Positions 46,380 to 60,500 of a stretch of 64,000 bases of DNA are shown here, piece by piece. The DNA lies in NCBI GenBank assembly GCA_047495785.1, contig JBLDXI010000012.1, forward strand, positions 868,001-932,000, given 5' to 3'. This DNA comes from Lepidodermella squamata. Its lineage: Eukaryota; Animalia; Gastrotricha. The notes beneath the pieces are model-generated. The model was not told where the DNA came from, searched no databases, and saw only the letters and a list, made by a program, of their open reading frames with translations. Within the stretch, counting starts at the first letter, position 1. Each line of letters starts with the position of its first letter. Both the position numbers and the translations under genes were made by a program.

Positions 46380-49300
46380 ATGAACACCAGTATGTCTGGT
46401 GATATTTACAGCAAGCATGCGACGGGCCGTGATGTCGACGGTTAGTTATACCAAAATCAAATGAATAATTTTCATAATCGTGAATTTTTTAGAGCTCGTA
46501 ATGGCTACGCTTGACGCAGCTGGTGATCGAGACGAAAAAGCTCGCGATTCAGTGATTGCTTCCTTGGTGAAAATCGGCCAAAAGGAACCAATGCTAGTGC
46601 TTGTTTCTTGCGTTCGTCAGCTCGGAAAACAAGACAAAATTCAACGCGAACATCGAATTGCCGTCCTCATAGTCATGACGGAACTGATTCGAAATACAAA
46701 TCCATTTCCTCAATCTGACGTTTTGAACGCATGCATAACAGCAGCTGCTGGCGAATTGTGTGCCAGCAAAGACATCATTCCTGAATGGCAAACACCGGCT
46801 AGCAATGTTCTAGTGGCTGCTGGGGTTCACGATTGCCCGGCAGTTATGAATAGCATTCTAGATTTATTCAAAATCGGCCAGCTGCCTCATTATTTTATTA
46901 TTCATACCGTTGCAAATCTGGCAGCAGAGAACAGTAATTTTTCGCATTTTTTTCTGATCAGATTCATTAATTTTTCTGGTTTTTTTCCAGAATTTGGTTA
47001 CGTTCAATTCCTGCAGCAAGTTTTGAATAATTTACTTCCTAATTTGGGTCCATTGAGACATGATAACATGCGATATGTCTGCGCCTATGCCCTCGGAAAA
47101 TTTGCCGAAGCTTTGATCGATTATTTAGCTAATCTTGACCGAGCCCCTGATTCTACTGTTAGCAAAAACGATTTTCTTCAATCATTCAATACTGCATTCG
47201 ATATTTTGGTCGTTTGGCTGACGACCTCGAAAGACGTGAAATTACGAGCCGCCTTAATGGAGGCGATGGGTTACGTCGCGTTGCTATCAGCCCGCGAGAA
47301 AATTGAGTTACATCTAACACCAGTTATTACCAATCACTTGCTACCAGCGCTGAAGAAGCAAAACGAGTTCACATTCCCGGCAACGCAATGCCTGGCTATG
47401 TTGATTGACTCTTGCATTCAAAACGGGTCTATTCAAATGGGAATGATGGCTGATCCTATTATGTCATCTATGTTGTTTCAGCTGAACGAACTGGCTGATT
47501 TTTCGAATCCTATGGCGCTGAAAACGCATAACGAGATGTTGAGATGTTGCACTTTAATGTGTTTTAGCGATCCTCAGGCGACTATTACCTTCTTACTGAC
47601 AAGATTGGAGCCGAAATCGAACGTTGATCCGAAAATAAAATCGCGAGTTTTATCGGTTTTGCGGCATTTAGTCAACACTGCTGATAACGAAATCGGCGAG
47701 AGAAGGGCTACTGTAATGATAAGTCTTCGAGAGGTTGTTAACGATCAAGATGAATCTGTAGCTCGAGCTCTACTTCAGCTGATCGTTTCAATGGCTGACC
47801 ACGCGTATTTCGATCTAGAGGGCAGTCGAATTTTGATCGAATACGTCGTAAGGCAATGCGCTCTTAGCCAACCTAAGGGCATTAAGTTGGCACCAGGTGC
47901 TCCGAATTTTCAAGCTATCGCTAGTTTAGCCTCAAATGTGTTGAATTTGCTAACGACAACTCTACCTCAAGTCGAAGGTGCACTATGGCCAGGTTTGTTG
48001 GAATATCTTCTACCAGTCAGATATTCACAGGCCTTTGGAAATGTCTGCAAATCGCTTGCTTTCATCGCCCAGCGTCGTTTGGATAACCCTAATAACGGCA
48101 CAACGATTGAAAACAATCACTCACCCGACTATCCGATTTTGGTGAATTTCGCATCTCTGCCAAATTGCCCGAAACCTGTTGAAATTTTTGCGAGGTGCTT
48201 GCTAATGGCAGCTGATGAGACAGAACTCGATAAAGTTGGCAGTCATATCATCAAATTTCTGGACGTTTTCGCGCCGAATTTCTTCCAGGGCGTTCAGGAG
48301 ACGTCGCCGGACTGGCAGGCCTCCTTAAGCATTTGCACGCAACTCATCGAATCAGACCCATCTGAACGGTCGAAAGACTTCCAGAAGGAATGGGAAGCTG
48401 CTCTGGTGAAATTGCTACTCGCCGCGATTGAAATCGCTCAAAGCGCCCATCCTGATTGGATTGCTGAGTTGAGCCAGGCGTTTTTCGCCCAACTCGATTC
48501 GTATAAGACCTCCCCACGTAGCCGTTGCGTATTCCACGTAATCATCGCTGGTTGCTTGAGCCGAGCTGTGAAACGCGATTTTATCGATAAAACGGTCGAT
48601 GATTGGTTTGCATGTGTCGATCATTCCAATTTAGATGAACAGCAAAGCTTCGCCCTGGGATGTGGCTTCGCTGCTACGACCCAGCTTGACGTTATCCTCA
48701 ATAAAGTCGAAGCTGGATTGAAGGGCAAATCGACTGGTGCTGCTCCAAAACAGGAAAAATCGGGGTTCGCCAGTTTTTTCTCGAGCCTTGGCAAATCAGA
48801 AGCAGGGCCGAATGATCGTATAAAATCCACCCTAATGCTGTGTATGGGTAACGCAGTGAGCGCCGCCCCGCCTAGCCTGAGCATTTCTCGCATTGAGACA
48901 ATCGCAGTCCCTCATTTGCTATCCGCCGCTAACTCGTCGTCAAAACCCGCCCAGGACGCAGTTATCAGACTTTCGATCGCTAATTGCATTGAGACAATCG
49001 CTAGATCGCTGCATCCTGACGTAGCCGGCCGGATCGTGAATCTGGCTAAACGAGACGACTTACTCATTCAAGTGTGCAAGAAATTTGTAGGCGACGAGGC
49101 GCCGGCTAATATCAATTCAGAAGTTCGGCTGGCTAGTATAAAAGCCGCGACCGCTTTGATTGAACTCGACCCGGTTGTTCCGGAAAATTTGCTCGAACAG
49201 CTAGTCGTCACGCTGTCAAATTCAGTTTTTCAACTTCCAGAATCCGCAAGTAGCGAGGTTAAATTTTTGCATACGATGGATGCTCTGACCGAATTTATTC

Positions 49301-52280
49301 TAACGGTTTTCGCGAAATTTCAACAACCCTTGGCTGCAATCGCCTTTTTGATGAAACATTTGTCGGATGATAAGTGGCTTCAATCTTTGAGCGACTGGCA
49401 TCGAGATAGGGCTTCGCTAGTCATCTCGAAGGTGATTGATAAATTCCACGAGCGGATGATTTCTGGAGCGTTTGTCACATCAATCGGTGAACAGCAGAAT
49501 TCATTCGCGACGCTGTCTCATTTATTCGCGGTTCTCATCCCGCGTTTAGCCGACCCGAGTCAAACTGCGAGAACAGCTAGTTCTGAAAGTTTAGTTTCTT
49601 GCCTGAAAACACTCACCCACATGTCTGCGAAGGATATCGATGTGACTGATTTGGCTAAATCGATTCATGCAAGAATAACGAGTGGCGAGACTAATTCGCT
49701 GCATTCAGCTGTTTTGGACCTGTCTAAGCTGCTGAGTAAATTGTTGTCTGATATCAAGCCGTTGGTTCAGGCGCTGAGCTTGTCTGATTGCCAGAGTCAT
49801 GGTTCGGCGGCGTCTTGCTTGGTACTTCATACTATCATCAAGCAACGATCGAATGAGCTAGTCGATTTGGTCCCGTGGCTTTTCGATCGATTTTTGGGTG
49901 AGTTTATCATTTTTCCGATTTTTTTTTATTTTTTTCGGCTAATAATTCTCTTAACCCTGAAAATTAAACCTTTCCCGGCTGATTTTTTTTGGAAGATATT
50001 TATAGCCCTTGCAAATATTTCCTTGCGATTCCAATTTTAGTTTCTGTCCCAATTTATTTTCAAAATTGATAAGTGTCAATGGCGATTTCATCAATTTTGG
50101 AAACTTCATAGAAAATCTGATCTGAAATTTTCAACTCCAGTGCCATTTGATAGCTCTCTTGCTCGATATCAAAAATTGTGATAGCTTTTTGCTAGCGTCT
50201 CCTCATCAATCTGAAGATGGATTTGGTCTTCTATTAAGGTGGAGTTTATAAGAGCGATCTTCTGTGGCTTGAAATTTTAAAATCTCCTAGAAGAACTAGT
50301 TCCGGAAATTGTTAAGTAAAGAATCGTCACTACACTTTTGAAGATTTTTTGTAAATTCGGATAGTTCGCCAATCCCTTTTATTTACTCGTTTAAATTTTA
50401 TGGAAACAATGTCGGTCATTTTGATTGTTTTAATGATTTTCAGGTGAGCTGTCAAAACTTATCGATACCCCTCAAGAGTCGAAAAACGGTCCATCTAAGA
50501 AGGCCGGTCATTCGAATTCAGTCACAGAAGCCGGTGGACCTTCGAATTCAGCGCAAACTGCTCCTGTTCAAACCGGTATATTACGATGCTGCCGACTGCT
50601 GACCAACAATCAAATCACACCCAGCTTGAATGCTCTTCTTTCGATTCAATATCCCTATCCCGAATCGGTTTCGATTGTCTGGCGATATTTGGCCCAAGAT
50701 AACCAGTTGGCCGGGTCGATTTTGGATGTTTTCCTAGAAAAGTTGACGCGATGCGTGCCGTATGATGAGCCGAAGAAAAAACCGACTGTTTCACCCGGAG
50801 AAAGCGGCCAGATTGGTCGGTCTCGGCCGATTAGGGTGGCTCATATGCAGCCCTTATTGATTCTAGCCGCATTAGGGGACATGTTCACTGTGCCGGAAAT
50901 GGAAGGCAAATTACTCGCAAATTACCACCAAATTCTTGCTATATTGATCCTTCTCGTTTCGGGTTATTCTGGCGCGAAAGAGCCAAATAGAGATCAGCCG
51001 CAACAGGCTGCGAAAACGGGTAAAAATGCCGCCCCACCTGCGCCTCAGCTGAAAATGCCAACCCCCGTTAGCCAGGTTTTGTTGACCCTGAACAATTTCC
51101 TGAATTCAGCCTCATCGACTGATATTCGAAATGCAGTCGATGGCGTTTGGCCGGATTTTGCGAAAGACGACCACGTTCTCGAGGCGATTTCGAAGCTAGC
51201 TGCTGAGCTTGGAGCATCGCGACCGAAACAAATGGCGAAAATCGCCAATATTCTCCTGCCCCATTTTACGTCACCCTACGACACGTATCGATCGGCAGTT
51301 GCTGCCTGTCTGGCTGAATTCATCACGCAACAAAAGCCGAATGAGGGCGAAGATTCGAATTTGATTGAAACGCTTATCGGAAGTGTTCAAGGCCATTTAA
51401 CTGATCAGTCTTTCGAGGTTCGGCTGTACTGTTATCGCGGCATGGGTAACGCCGGGTCGAAAGACGAAGATTTAGTCAATCGCCACGCAACCAGCCTCCT
51501 TAATTGCCTGCTTATGGGCCTGGAAGATCGAGACGATAACGACGGAGCGATCAGTCTTGAATCTATCAAAGGTCTTGGTAAGATTCTATCGAAATGCTCC
51601 GAGCAAGTTGTTCGGCCGATTTTTGTCAACATCGTTGTTCGTATCAAAGTTTGCTTTGATAACGAAAATGAAGACATTCGGGCTGAAAGTATCAAGTTAT
51701 TCGGCGAATTGACGCGTTTCGCCACCGGACCGAGTGAAGTCACTGTCTGGGAACAAGCCCATCTCGCCCTCGTGCCAGTTTGGGTTCACCTTAATGACAC
51801 TGATTCGGAGGTTTCGCTAGCCAGTGCCGGTGCTTTGATTGCGCTGGCTAACGTTCTCGGGGCAGCTGCGGTTCAGCAGCTGTTCCAGAAGGCTCTTGGG
51901 CCGCTTTGTCAACAACAATCGACTAGTTCGCTTCATTTCGTCGAATTTTCATCCTCGGCCGCTGGTCTTTTAGCCGAATATTTCGCAGATCGAATGTTTT
52001 CGTACTACACTCAATTTTCAACCGGATATTTTGTCAGTCCGAAACCGAAAATTCGAGCAAATGCTGTTACAATTTTAGGTTTGATACCTTGAATAATTGG
52101 AAAATTCCACCTTAATTAAATTTTTCTACAGGTTTTCTATTGGCTAATTTGCCCCCGGAAAAGCACAATGCTGTAGGCAAGCATCATTTGTGTACGCAGT
52201 TGATTTCGATGTTGAAGGATTCCTCGGCTGAAGTTCGATGCCGAGCGGCCGAAGCTATTGGCCTGTTGGCTCACTACTAA
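46380..52280 (+). CDS. MROH1: Maestro heat-like repeat-containing protein family member 1 (introns 46441-46492, 46934-46990, 49898-50443, 52079-52131)
   Basis: EWQTPASNVLVA, LPHYFII, HNEMLRC, LWPGLLEYL; C-terminal LKDSSAEVRCRAAEAIGLL. Confidence 0.88.
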
Positions 52281-52573
52281 TCTGAAATTATGAATTTTCA
52301 CTTTATAAATCGAGTGATAATAATGCGCTTCCGATTTTTTGATTACAACACAAATACTTTCATGCATGATTTTTTCGATTACTAATCGAAACAAAAAACA
52401 ACGAGATATATTGGTACTTATTCTTCGGTGATTGATGTGATGATTTTTTGCTTCAAACATTAATTTTTGCAATTATGTACTTCGATTTTGGTAATGACCT
52501 TCTATTTTAATTGAACTGTGAATTATTGATTAAAATTCGCCCTGATATTCAATTTTTTAGATTTTTCTGAAAA

Positions 52574-55500
52574 ATGCTTAGCACCTGTGGAGATAAACGC
52601 CTGCTTTCAAGCTGCCTCTCGCCCCATCGAATTTGTACGCTGATATGTGTCCGAGAAATGACTCAATGGGAAGCTTGGCACGGCGAACCAGGTGCTCATC
52701 TCAACGATTCAACGAATCCTGATAACACTCTGTCGAGTCTAGTACCTCGCTCCTATGACACTGAAATGGCTCGTCGAAATATTTACGTAGCGCTGTATCG
52801 CCTAACTCAATGTGCGGAGGCGACCTCAAAAGAAGAGTTCATCCTAGAACTGCGTGATCGGCACCAATGTTGCCCTGATTTCATTGACGCTGTTAAATTG
52901 GCGTTGAAAGCTATGGTCGACTCGCCGTTGGATTCGCTTCTTGAGCTTTTCGTTTTATTACCCGAGTTGATTAATTCAGAGGCTCCTATTGCTATTGCTG
53001 GGACTAGCTCGATAGGCATATACATTCGCCAGTCGATTTTAGCCTTCAATCGCCTGGATTTTGCTCAAATCGAGAAAGTTTCGCGTAAATTATGTGATTT
53101 TATCGAGCCGCCGTTGACCAGTGCTAACACGTCGAATCCTTCGAAACGATTCGGCGCTTCGAAAAGTTTTGTCGATTTTGAGCGGGCGAAAACTGGGCTT
53201 CATATCGAAGATCAAACTGTTTTCTTGCGTAACCAGCCGTTTTCGAATGTGAACGAAGACCCGTGCGCGGCTGGGGATTCGAACAATGCCGAGCAGCGGC
53301 AGCCGGATAGCTACTTTTCGCATCATCTCGATTTGATGTCGCAGTCATTTTTCAGGTTTGAACTCACTTTTCTTGAGGGAATGCAACGAATTCAGTCATA
53401 CTATAGAAAATTTAGTCATATTTCATGAAGCATAGCATAGCATAGCATTTTCTTTATTTTACCTTTTCCTTCATTAATCAACAATAACATAACAATAACA
53501 ATGGAGTAGGTGTACAGAAATGAAGAAGTTGCCGCCTAGCAATTTTGAACGTAAATTGTTCTGAACCACACATATTTCTAATGACCTCATTGGGAATCCT
53601 GTCCCTGAGTGTTACGCCGCATATTTTACGCAAATAACGCATATAGCCTACGTCGAGTCGCCTCGCATCCTCAGAAGTTAACGTCCAACTTTCGCTGCCA
53701 TGCATGATAGTCGCATCCACAACGCCCTTTAAACATTTCATTTTTTCTTTAGTCGGGACAGATCGATTACCAAAAATATATTTCCTCATAGCGCCGAACG
53801 CTTTGTTGCCTTTTTCTGAACGAGTCCTTACATCAGCCTTACACCTGCCGTCAGACGTGATAACACTTCCCAAATATACGAATTCATCAACTTCTTCAAT
53901 GTACTGCCCGTAGATGGAGAAAGATACATGTAAATTGCAGTCATTTTTATTGACTCTCATGAATTTGATTTTGGAACATTAATTTTCAAGCCCAAGTGTC
54001 CACACGCCTCAACAAAAACCTATCATGAAATATCAACTATAAACGAAAAATGCGGTTATTCGTGGTTGATATGGGGCCAGTTTTCACTCATCAAACATGT
54101 AGGTATCATCAGTGTTAATTCATAGTTGAAGTTTGTCACCACATCTCTCACGCCGCTCACACGCCCGGTTATTCGCTCGAGCAAACTCATGCTGATGAAT
54201 TCGATTATCGCATGCGAGTAATGATTAGCACTGTCACAAGGGACGAAATCGCGGCTACACCAAGGACGACGAGCGCGCCAATAATGAACTTCGTTACTTC
54301 AGAAAACATTCGATTGACGGTTCAACGGTCCAAACGAGGGTTTGATATTGATCTTATTGATTGTGAATCAGCTTGCTCTAGAAAAAAAATTGCACAATGT
54401 ACAGTGGCAATCGTTTTCAGCAGCACCGTAGCCTGATTTACGACTGTAGCAGCAGGCAGTTGGAACATGGGAAGCGGTGCCCCCAGCGGCACTAATTTAG
54501 CGATTTGGGTTTTGTTGAAATTTGCAACTTCCTCACCGCCAGCGTTTGAAGATTTAACCCATAGATGTACGCGAAAGCCTCCGTTCAGGTCTACGTCCGT
54601 GATTTCGCCGTGCATAATGACCGATGGCACTAGCTGACTCATAAATTCGTTCGAATAGTACACCTCTACATTTGTCGCATCTACCGGCAAAGTTGAGAGA
54701 GAGAGAGAGACGCTGGACCTCCGCTAGGGGAACCCTATCGGGCTGGTTCAAGCAATCATCAAGAACGTAAAACAACAAGAAACAATAGTTTTCTGTGAAA
54801 ATTTGTCTTTTCTCTCTCTCCTGAGAGCCCCAGGGACAACTGGAAGCCAGCCCATATAGAGCTCGCGCTAGCCAACCAGCGAAAGCCTCTACGGACCGTT
54901 AGAACCGAGAGATTTCAGAGAAATAGATCCGATTAGGCTCGAGCCATTCCTTCAGAGTACCGATGGCTGTACCGGGTGTAGAAAATGGGCGATCTGTCAT
55001 TGTGATGATTACGGCCGCTAGCAAATGCATTGATCGAGGCTCAAAAGGCCGAAGATCTCCAGCTCGACCTCGCCAATGCTCTCGCATGACGAAGTAATCT
55101 GAACTTCGAAAACGCCTCGCACAGGCACCTGAGATACCATGGCTACGGCAAACTTCGAAGACGCGTGGTCCAAAATGTGAGATAAATCAGTTCTATCCAG
55201 CCTCAACGAACCGTTGCGATCATTTTCGGAATAGCCATGAATTCCTTTCCAACTGAATTCTCTTTGGATGAATTTGCGCCACTGATGACATACTAAAGTG
55301 CTGACTCTGAACTGATCTGAAGTGTCCTGGTAGCTCGAAATTGTAGATGGGACATTTTCGCAGAGGAAAAATAGGAGAAATTTATATTTCAGACTGTAGA
55401 ACTGGGAAATACTGAATAAATCAGTCGAGAAATTCCAAGATCTGGTCCAATCTGGCAGAATCTGGGCATTAATTGTTGACTACCACTTCGATTTTGCTCC

Positions 55501-57463
55501 GCTTTTTGCAATTTGGGGCTAGCTCATGTTTTCATGGCGCAATTTTTCTCACTAAACCCTTTGGTGTGTTTACTCGGACTAAGACTATCTCTAACGATTC
55601 GACGAATTACCGTATCTTCCGTAAAAAAATGGGGTTTTGGGTATATTTTTAGCTTCTAGAATTTGAATTTTGATTTTACAATAATTGTGAGAACTTTTTA
55701 TTAATTAATTGAATTCATTAATAAATATTATTTTCAATTTAGATGTGCAACTGACGCTTTGATTTCGTACTTCTCGCGAAATTTCAAAAACCGCATGCCT
55801 GACATTGTGGTCCGCGAGCCATCTTCCGGCTTCCAGATGCGTGAGATGAAGTCAAAATCCGCAATTTGCTCGTCCCGATTCGAAACAATCCTGCTCGGTT
55901 ACATCGCCGGCGTCTCTGGCGATCTCAACGGCTGCCATTCTCTACTCATCGATGCTACTAAACAGTGCCATTCTGCTGGGGATGTTGTCGGTGTTGAACT
56001 GGCTAATCTGATGTCGCTGTTAATTTTCGGCTGCGAACTCACTACGCCAACTTCAGCGGTCGGAAATGCGATTCAATCACTCCTGGAACAACAATCCAGT
56101 TCAACTGGCACAACTGGCCCAACCCCTTCGACCTCGGTACCATTGACCCCAGAGGGGCTGAAATATTTGTCTTTCGTTAATTTCTACAAAGCTGTGATCG
56201 AAGTGCTGCGGTCTGAAGAGGTAAGAATTTTTCGAAATATTTGCCGAATTTTTGTAATTTTTTCGACTTAAGAAATCGACGGCCGTTTGCACCCAGATCG
56301 CTAATCTGGTCAACGCGTATTTGCCCGTTATCGACCGGGCCTCGCCATCTGAAGCAACCCAGCTGTCCCTAGTGCTCACCCAGGCCATGTCACTGGTCTA
56401 TCGACTCCACGGCGAGGTCGCTCTAGCTTGCAGTTTCGATCTAGTCACTCTATACATGAATGCCGAATTCACCCCTGGCCAATTTTTCGGCACCCACCCG
56501 GTCCTCCGGGCCTGGCAAGACCTAGCCCTTAACAACTGGTCATCCCAAGCAACGGGCAGCGTGTTGTGGCAGCGTATTGACACGATTTTCCCGAGCCAAC
56601 CCGACGTTGGCCGGCAACTCGTTAATTTGAGCTCAAATTTTAAGGTGGATCTCACGCAGGGTGTCTACTCATCAGCCGAATCTCTCGTTAACCAGCTGTT
56701 TTCAATCGATAAAAACGAAGCCGCTGTTCTCTGCGCTACTTACCTGCTTGAATCTGGGCAGTTCTACGAACTCGAGGCTCATCACAACAAAGTTTTGACC
56801 GAAGAAAGCCACCGTTTCCCGTCGATTTACCGCCTGAGGCTTGAAATCGTGCGCGGGTTGTATTTTGTCGCAATCAACGACTGCACGCGAGCGCTGGAAA
56901 CTTTTGATCGATTGATCGGCATTTGCGATTCGAAGAATCAAGACGACGATCTATCGGCGGCTTCAAAATCGATTTTCGCCTCAAATTCCGAGGGCTATCG
57001 CCATTTAGGCATTAAAGCGCTGGTTTATCTCTACAAAGCTCTTGTGATGTTGAAATTGGGCTTCATCGCTAAAGCCAGGCATATTTTACAGGCCAAGGCG
57101 ACGATTTTATGCCGGATTTACTGCTCGAGTTTTGTCGTAGGCCAGGCGTACTATTTACTGGCTGTTAGCGAGGCGTTGTCGCAGAATTTGCCTGGGTCAT
57201 CACAGGCGCTTGATCAGGCAATTGCGATTTTCACGCAAATCGACGCGCAGCCGATGCTGCTGCACGCGCACACGGCGGCGGCGTTGATTGCGCAGGCGCG
57301 TGGCGAGACGAAATCGCGCAACGTGCACGCGCACAAGTTTTTAGCCTCGCGCCAAGAGCTGGGCGAGCGTGATCGCATCTGGGTGGATTCTGACATTTGG
57401 AAACTGTCGCCTTTCTATTTTATCGACGCGCTCAGCGCCGCACTTCGCATTGTGAAAAACTGA
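52574..57463 (+). CDS. ANAPC5: Anaphase-promoting complex subunit 5, divergent (introns 53356-55742, 56221-56272)
   Basis: SPHRICTLICVRE and SSIGIYIRQSILAFNRLDFAQI resemble the APC5 N-terminus. DALISYF and a TPR-like C-terminus ending SRNVHAHKF. Confidence 0.75.
53478..54000 (-). mobile_element. Non-LTR retrotransposon 3' fragment (RTE-like) in ANAPC5 intron 1
   Basis: IEEVDEFVYLGSVIT, HGSESWTL, MRYLRKICGVTLRDRIPNEVIR; short tandem repeats at the 3' end. Confidence 0.85.
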
Positions 57464-57563
57464 ACGAAAAAAACCGGTTTTAACTGCCTTAATTAATTTT
57501 TTCGAGCGTTGAATAAAATTATTAAAAAATTATTAGAATATTAATTTTTTCTAGTGTTTAAAA

Positions 57564-60500
57564 ATGACGCCACTGGAAAATTTTGTCTATCAATTTTTCA
57601 CTTGGACATGCGTTGCTGCTTCGGTTGTCCTGAAAATGCCGCAGCTGATTACTGTCTTGAAGACAAAATCAGTTAAAGGCCTGTCTACCCAGCAGCTCAT
57701 GCTCGAACTGTGGTCCTATACTGCTATGTTGGCCTATCAATTCGCTGAGAAAATGCCCCTTCTTCAATACATCGACTATGTTTTTCTAATGTTTCAAGGT
57801 ATTTTTTTAAATAAAAATAATTTAAAAAATAACACAGTTTAAGCTGGATTTTTGTTGTTTTAAGAAATTCCGCTCTTCCTGCTGGTCCTTCACTACAACG
57901 GGCATTTCAATCTCTACACGGCTATTTATGGCGCTATTTTCAGCGCTGTTTTCGGGTCAGTCGCTTCTGGCACTAGCACGGCTGGATTCAACGCGCTCAT
58001 TATCGTAAGTTGTCATGTAAAAATTTGAAAAAATACGACAAAATAATCTTTCATACATATTTTTTTCATGCAATTGTGTTTTAAGCAAAACGGTGATAAG
58101 GTAGTGGAGTTGAGGGTTAGGAAGAGGGCCGGATTATGACGCAAAACATTGAGCCCGGGCCCACAGGCACATCATCTGCCCGGGCCCCTCCCCTATCTTC
58201 CCCACTCAGTTTACTTCCATACTTAATCGTTGAAAATTGTTCAATAAAAAATAAGTAAAATGAGCCAAGACAGGATCGAACTGCGAAATCGACTCAATCA
58301 AGCCAAAATAATTGCCGTTGTTAGGGAATGCGATTTTTTCAATTGAGCCGCGGAAAGCCAAACCCTGCTCAGCTAGAAATTTTATAACGGCAAAAAGGCG
58401 GCGAATTTCATCCTCGCCGGCTTTAGCCATGGTACAATCGACTGGTTTTTTGCCGGAACGTGAAAAGAATGCGTGAAACGCATCTTTATGAGCAGCACTG
58501 TTTTGATGACTTCGAATATACGCATGGCAGTTCTTCCAGTCGTGAACATATTGGTGCTATCTGAAAACGACTTGCAAACAGACCAAAATAGCATTGAGCA
58601 GATTGCGAGAAAATTAAATACTTCGAGGCGCCTCCGCCACGGCGCCTCCACGCCATTAGGCAAACATGAACGCAGTATGTCAAGAGTTGAACCCGTCGAT
58701 TAAGTCGACTTTATAGTGTTCGATTCTAGGGCCCTTGCACCCGCTGGATCCGCGGAGAAAGAACGTTCAGCGTCGATAATTTTTCCTGCCACTTCGAACA
58801 ATTTGCCGTCATCCAGGGTTTTGCTTTTGACATCAGGCCTTGAAACGCACCACGTTGATAGTCTGTTGAATGGTAGTCAGTAAAGCTAAATATCGACATG
58901 GCATCGCAGCTGGGAATATTGTGTTCACTACAATAGTTTCGGACGGTCTTACGACTGCGACACAATCCGGCGTGGAACTCTTTGCCAATATCGATGTTAT
59001 AGATAGGCGAACGTATTACTCTCAAAAGCCCCGGAGAAGTACACTACAAAAAATAAGTCTGTTTTCACCGATTGCAAAAGTCGGTTAAGAATAAAATCTC
59101 GGTAAATAACTCAGTGAATTTTTAGCTATTAGTTATTACTTTTTCAAGAACTCAGCCATAACCGTGCACTCGGTATTCACCTCGGTGATTTTCTGGTAAT
59201 AACTGGAAACTCGGTAATCACAATAGAAAAATTATTTTAAACAACGGAAAACTCGGTTAATATTATGTCGGTTTTTCCGATGAAAAATAAATATGATAAA
59301 CATCTCCATCAAAATCTGCTGCATATTTCGCCAGTGAAATCGGTCACCGTATAGACAGACTTGGCGGTTTCATGACGACAACCGCTTATAGTAAAAAACC
59401 AGGATGATGTGGAAAAATAAAGCTACCGTAAATACCGAATTATAAGAGAGTGCCTTATAATAATTTCAAATGCCCCAAAAGTCCTGCCTTGTAAAACGGG
59501 TCTGCCTTTTATTTCGGGTCTGCCTTATATTTATTTTTACCGAGCGCCTTAAGCTTTTTCAGCTCCTCCATAGCGGCCTCACACCATTGTGTGACCACTT
59601 TTTAGGCGGGAAAAAAGCCTCTTCTGAGTGGTTGATTCGAATAAAAGCGCGATTTTCAAAAGCTTGATTTTTTTATTGTATAAAAACATTATTTGTTTGT
59701 TGACAAAATAATTGGCAGAAAAGTTAAGAAAAAAATGACATGACGATGAGACGCAGCAGGCGTGACACAAAAAATTGATAGTATAAAAAATATCACCAAG
59801 TCATCAATGAGCGGGCAGTCAACAAATCGATAAAAAGCAATTTTAGACAAAATAATAATTTTTAACGCTAGGAAACATTAACTGTTGCATAGATAAACAA
59901 GAACCGTTTGTATCAAACTATCACCAAGAATGCGATCACACAGTATTAATATTTTACCTCGAATACTAGTTTTCAAAAACTTCGACATTATGAACTACCA
60001 GAGACAATCATTTTATTGTAAGGAGGACAATAATAGTTCGTAAACTTTTTATAGAATTGAGAAATAGTAACAGAAAAATCATTGAAATATCGCATGAGGC
60101 ATTTCAATAATATGTTTATTTAGCATAAACAGGTGATCATTACTTTCTAAAGGAAGACATAAAAAAATCTTCCGAGTTCAGTTATCTAAACTAAATTCGC
60201 ACTTCAATGGCACAAACTAAGAGAGCAATGCACCATACAATATACGATCCAATATTCAATTAAATCGAATACCCGAAATTCGGTAAAAATTCTAAACCGA
60301 TTTCAAAATTTCCGAGAGTGATGAAGCAATCAAGGGAAGACGACGTATTGCGCAATGAGATCACGCAGCTTTTTAACGACAGCAGGCTGAGTTCCGGGGC
60401 CGAAAACGTCTTCTCTAAAAACAAACATGGAAACGATTTATTAAATGGAGGAAGACAATAGGAGATCATTTGTAGCGGTAAAAAACTGGAGTTTGAGAAC

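Noticed and set aside
54100-55250. Fragmented minus-strand ORFs in ANAPC5 intron 1 as a nested gene
   Set aside because: Interrupted by frameshifts and a (GA)n run, with no recognisable domain; probably a transposon relic that I cannot classify.
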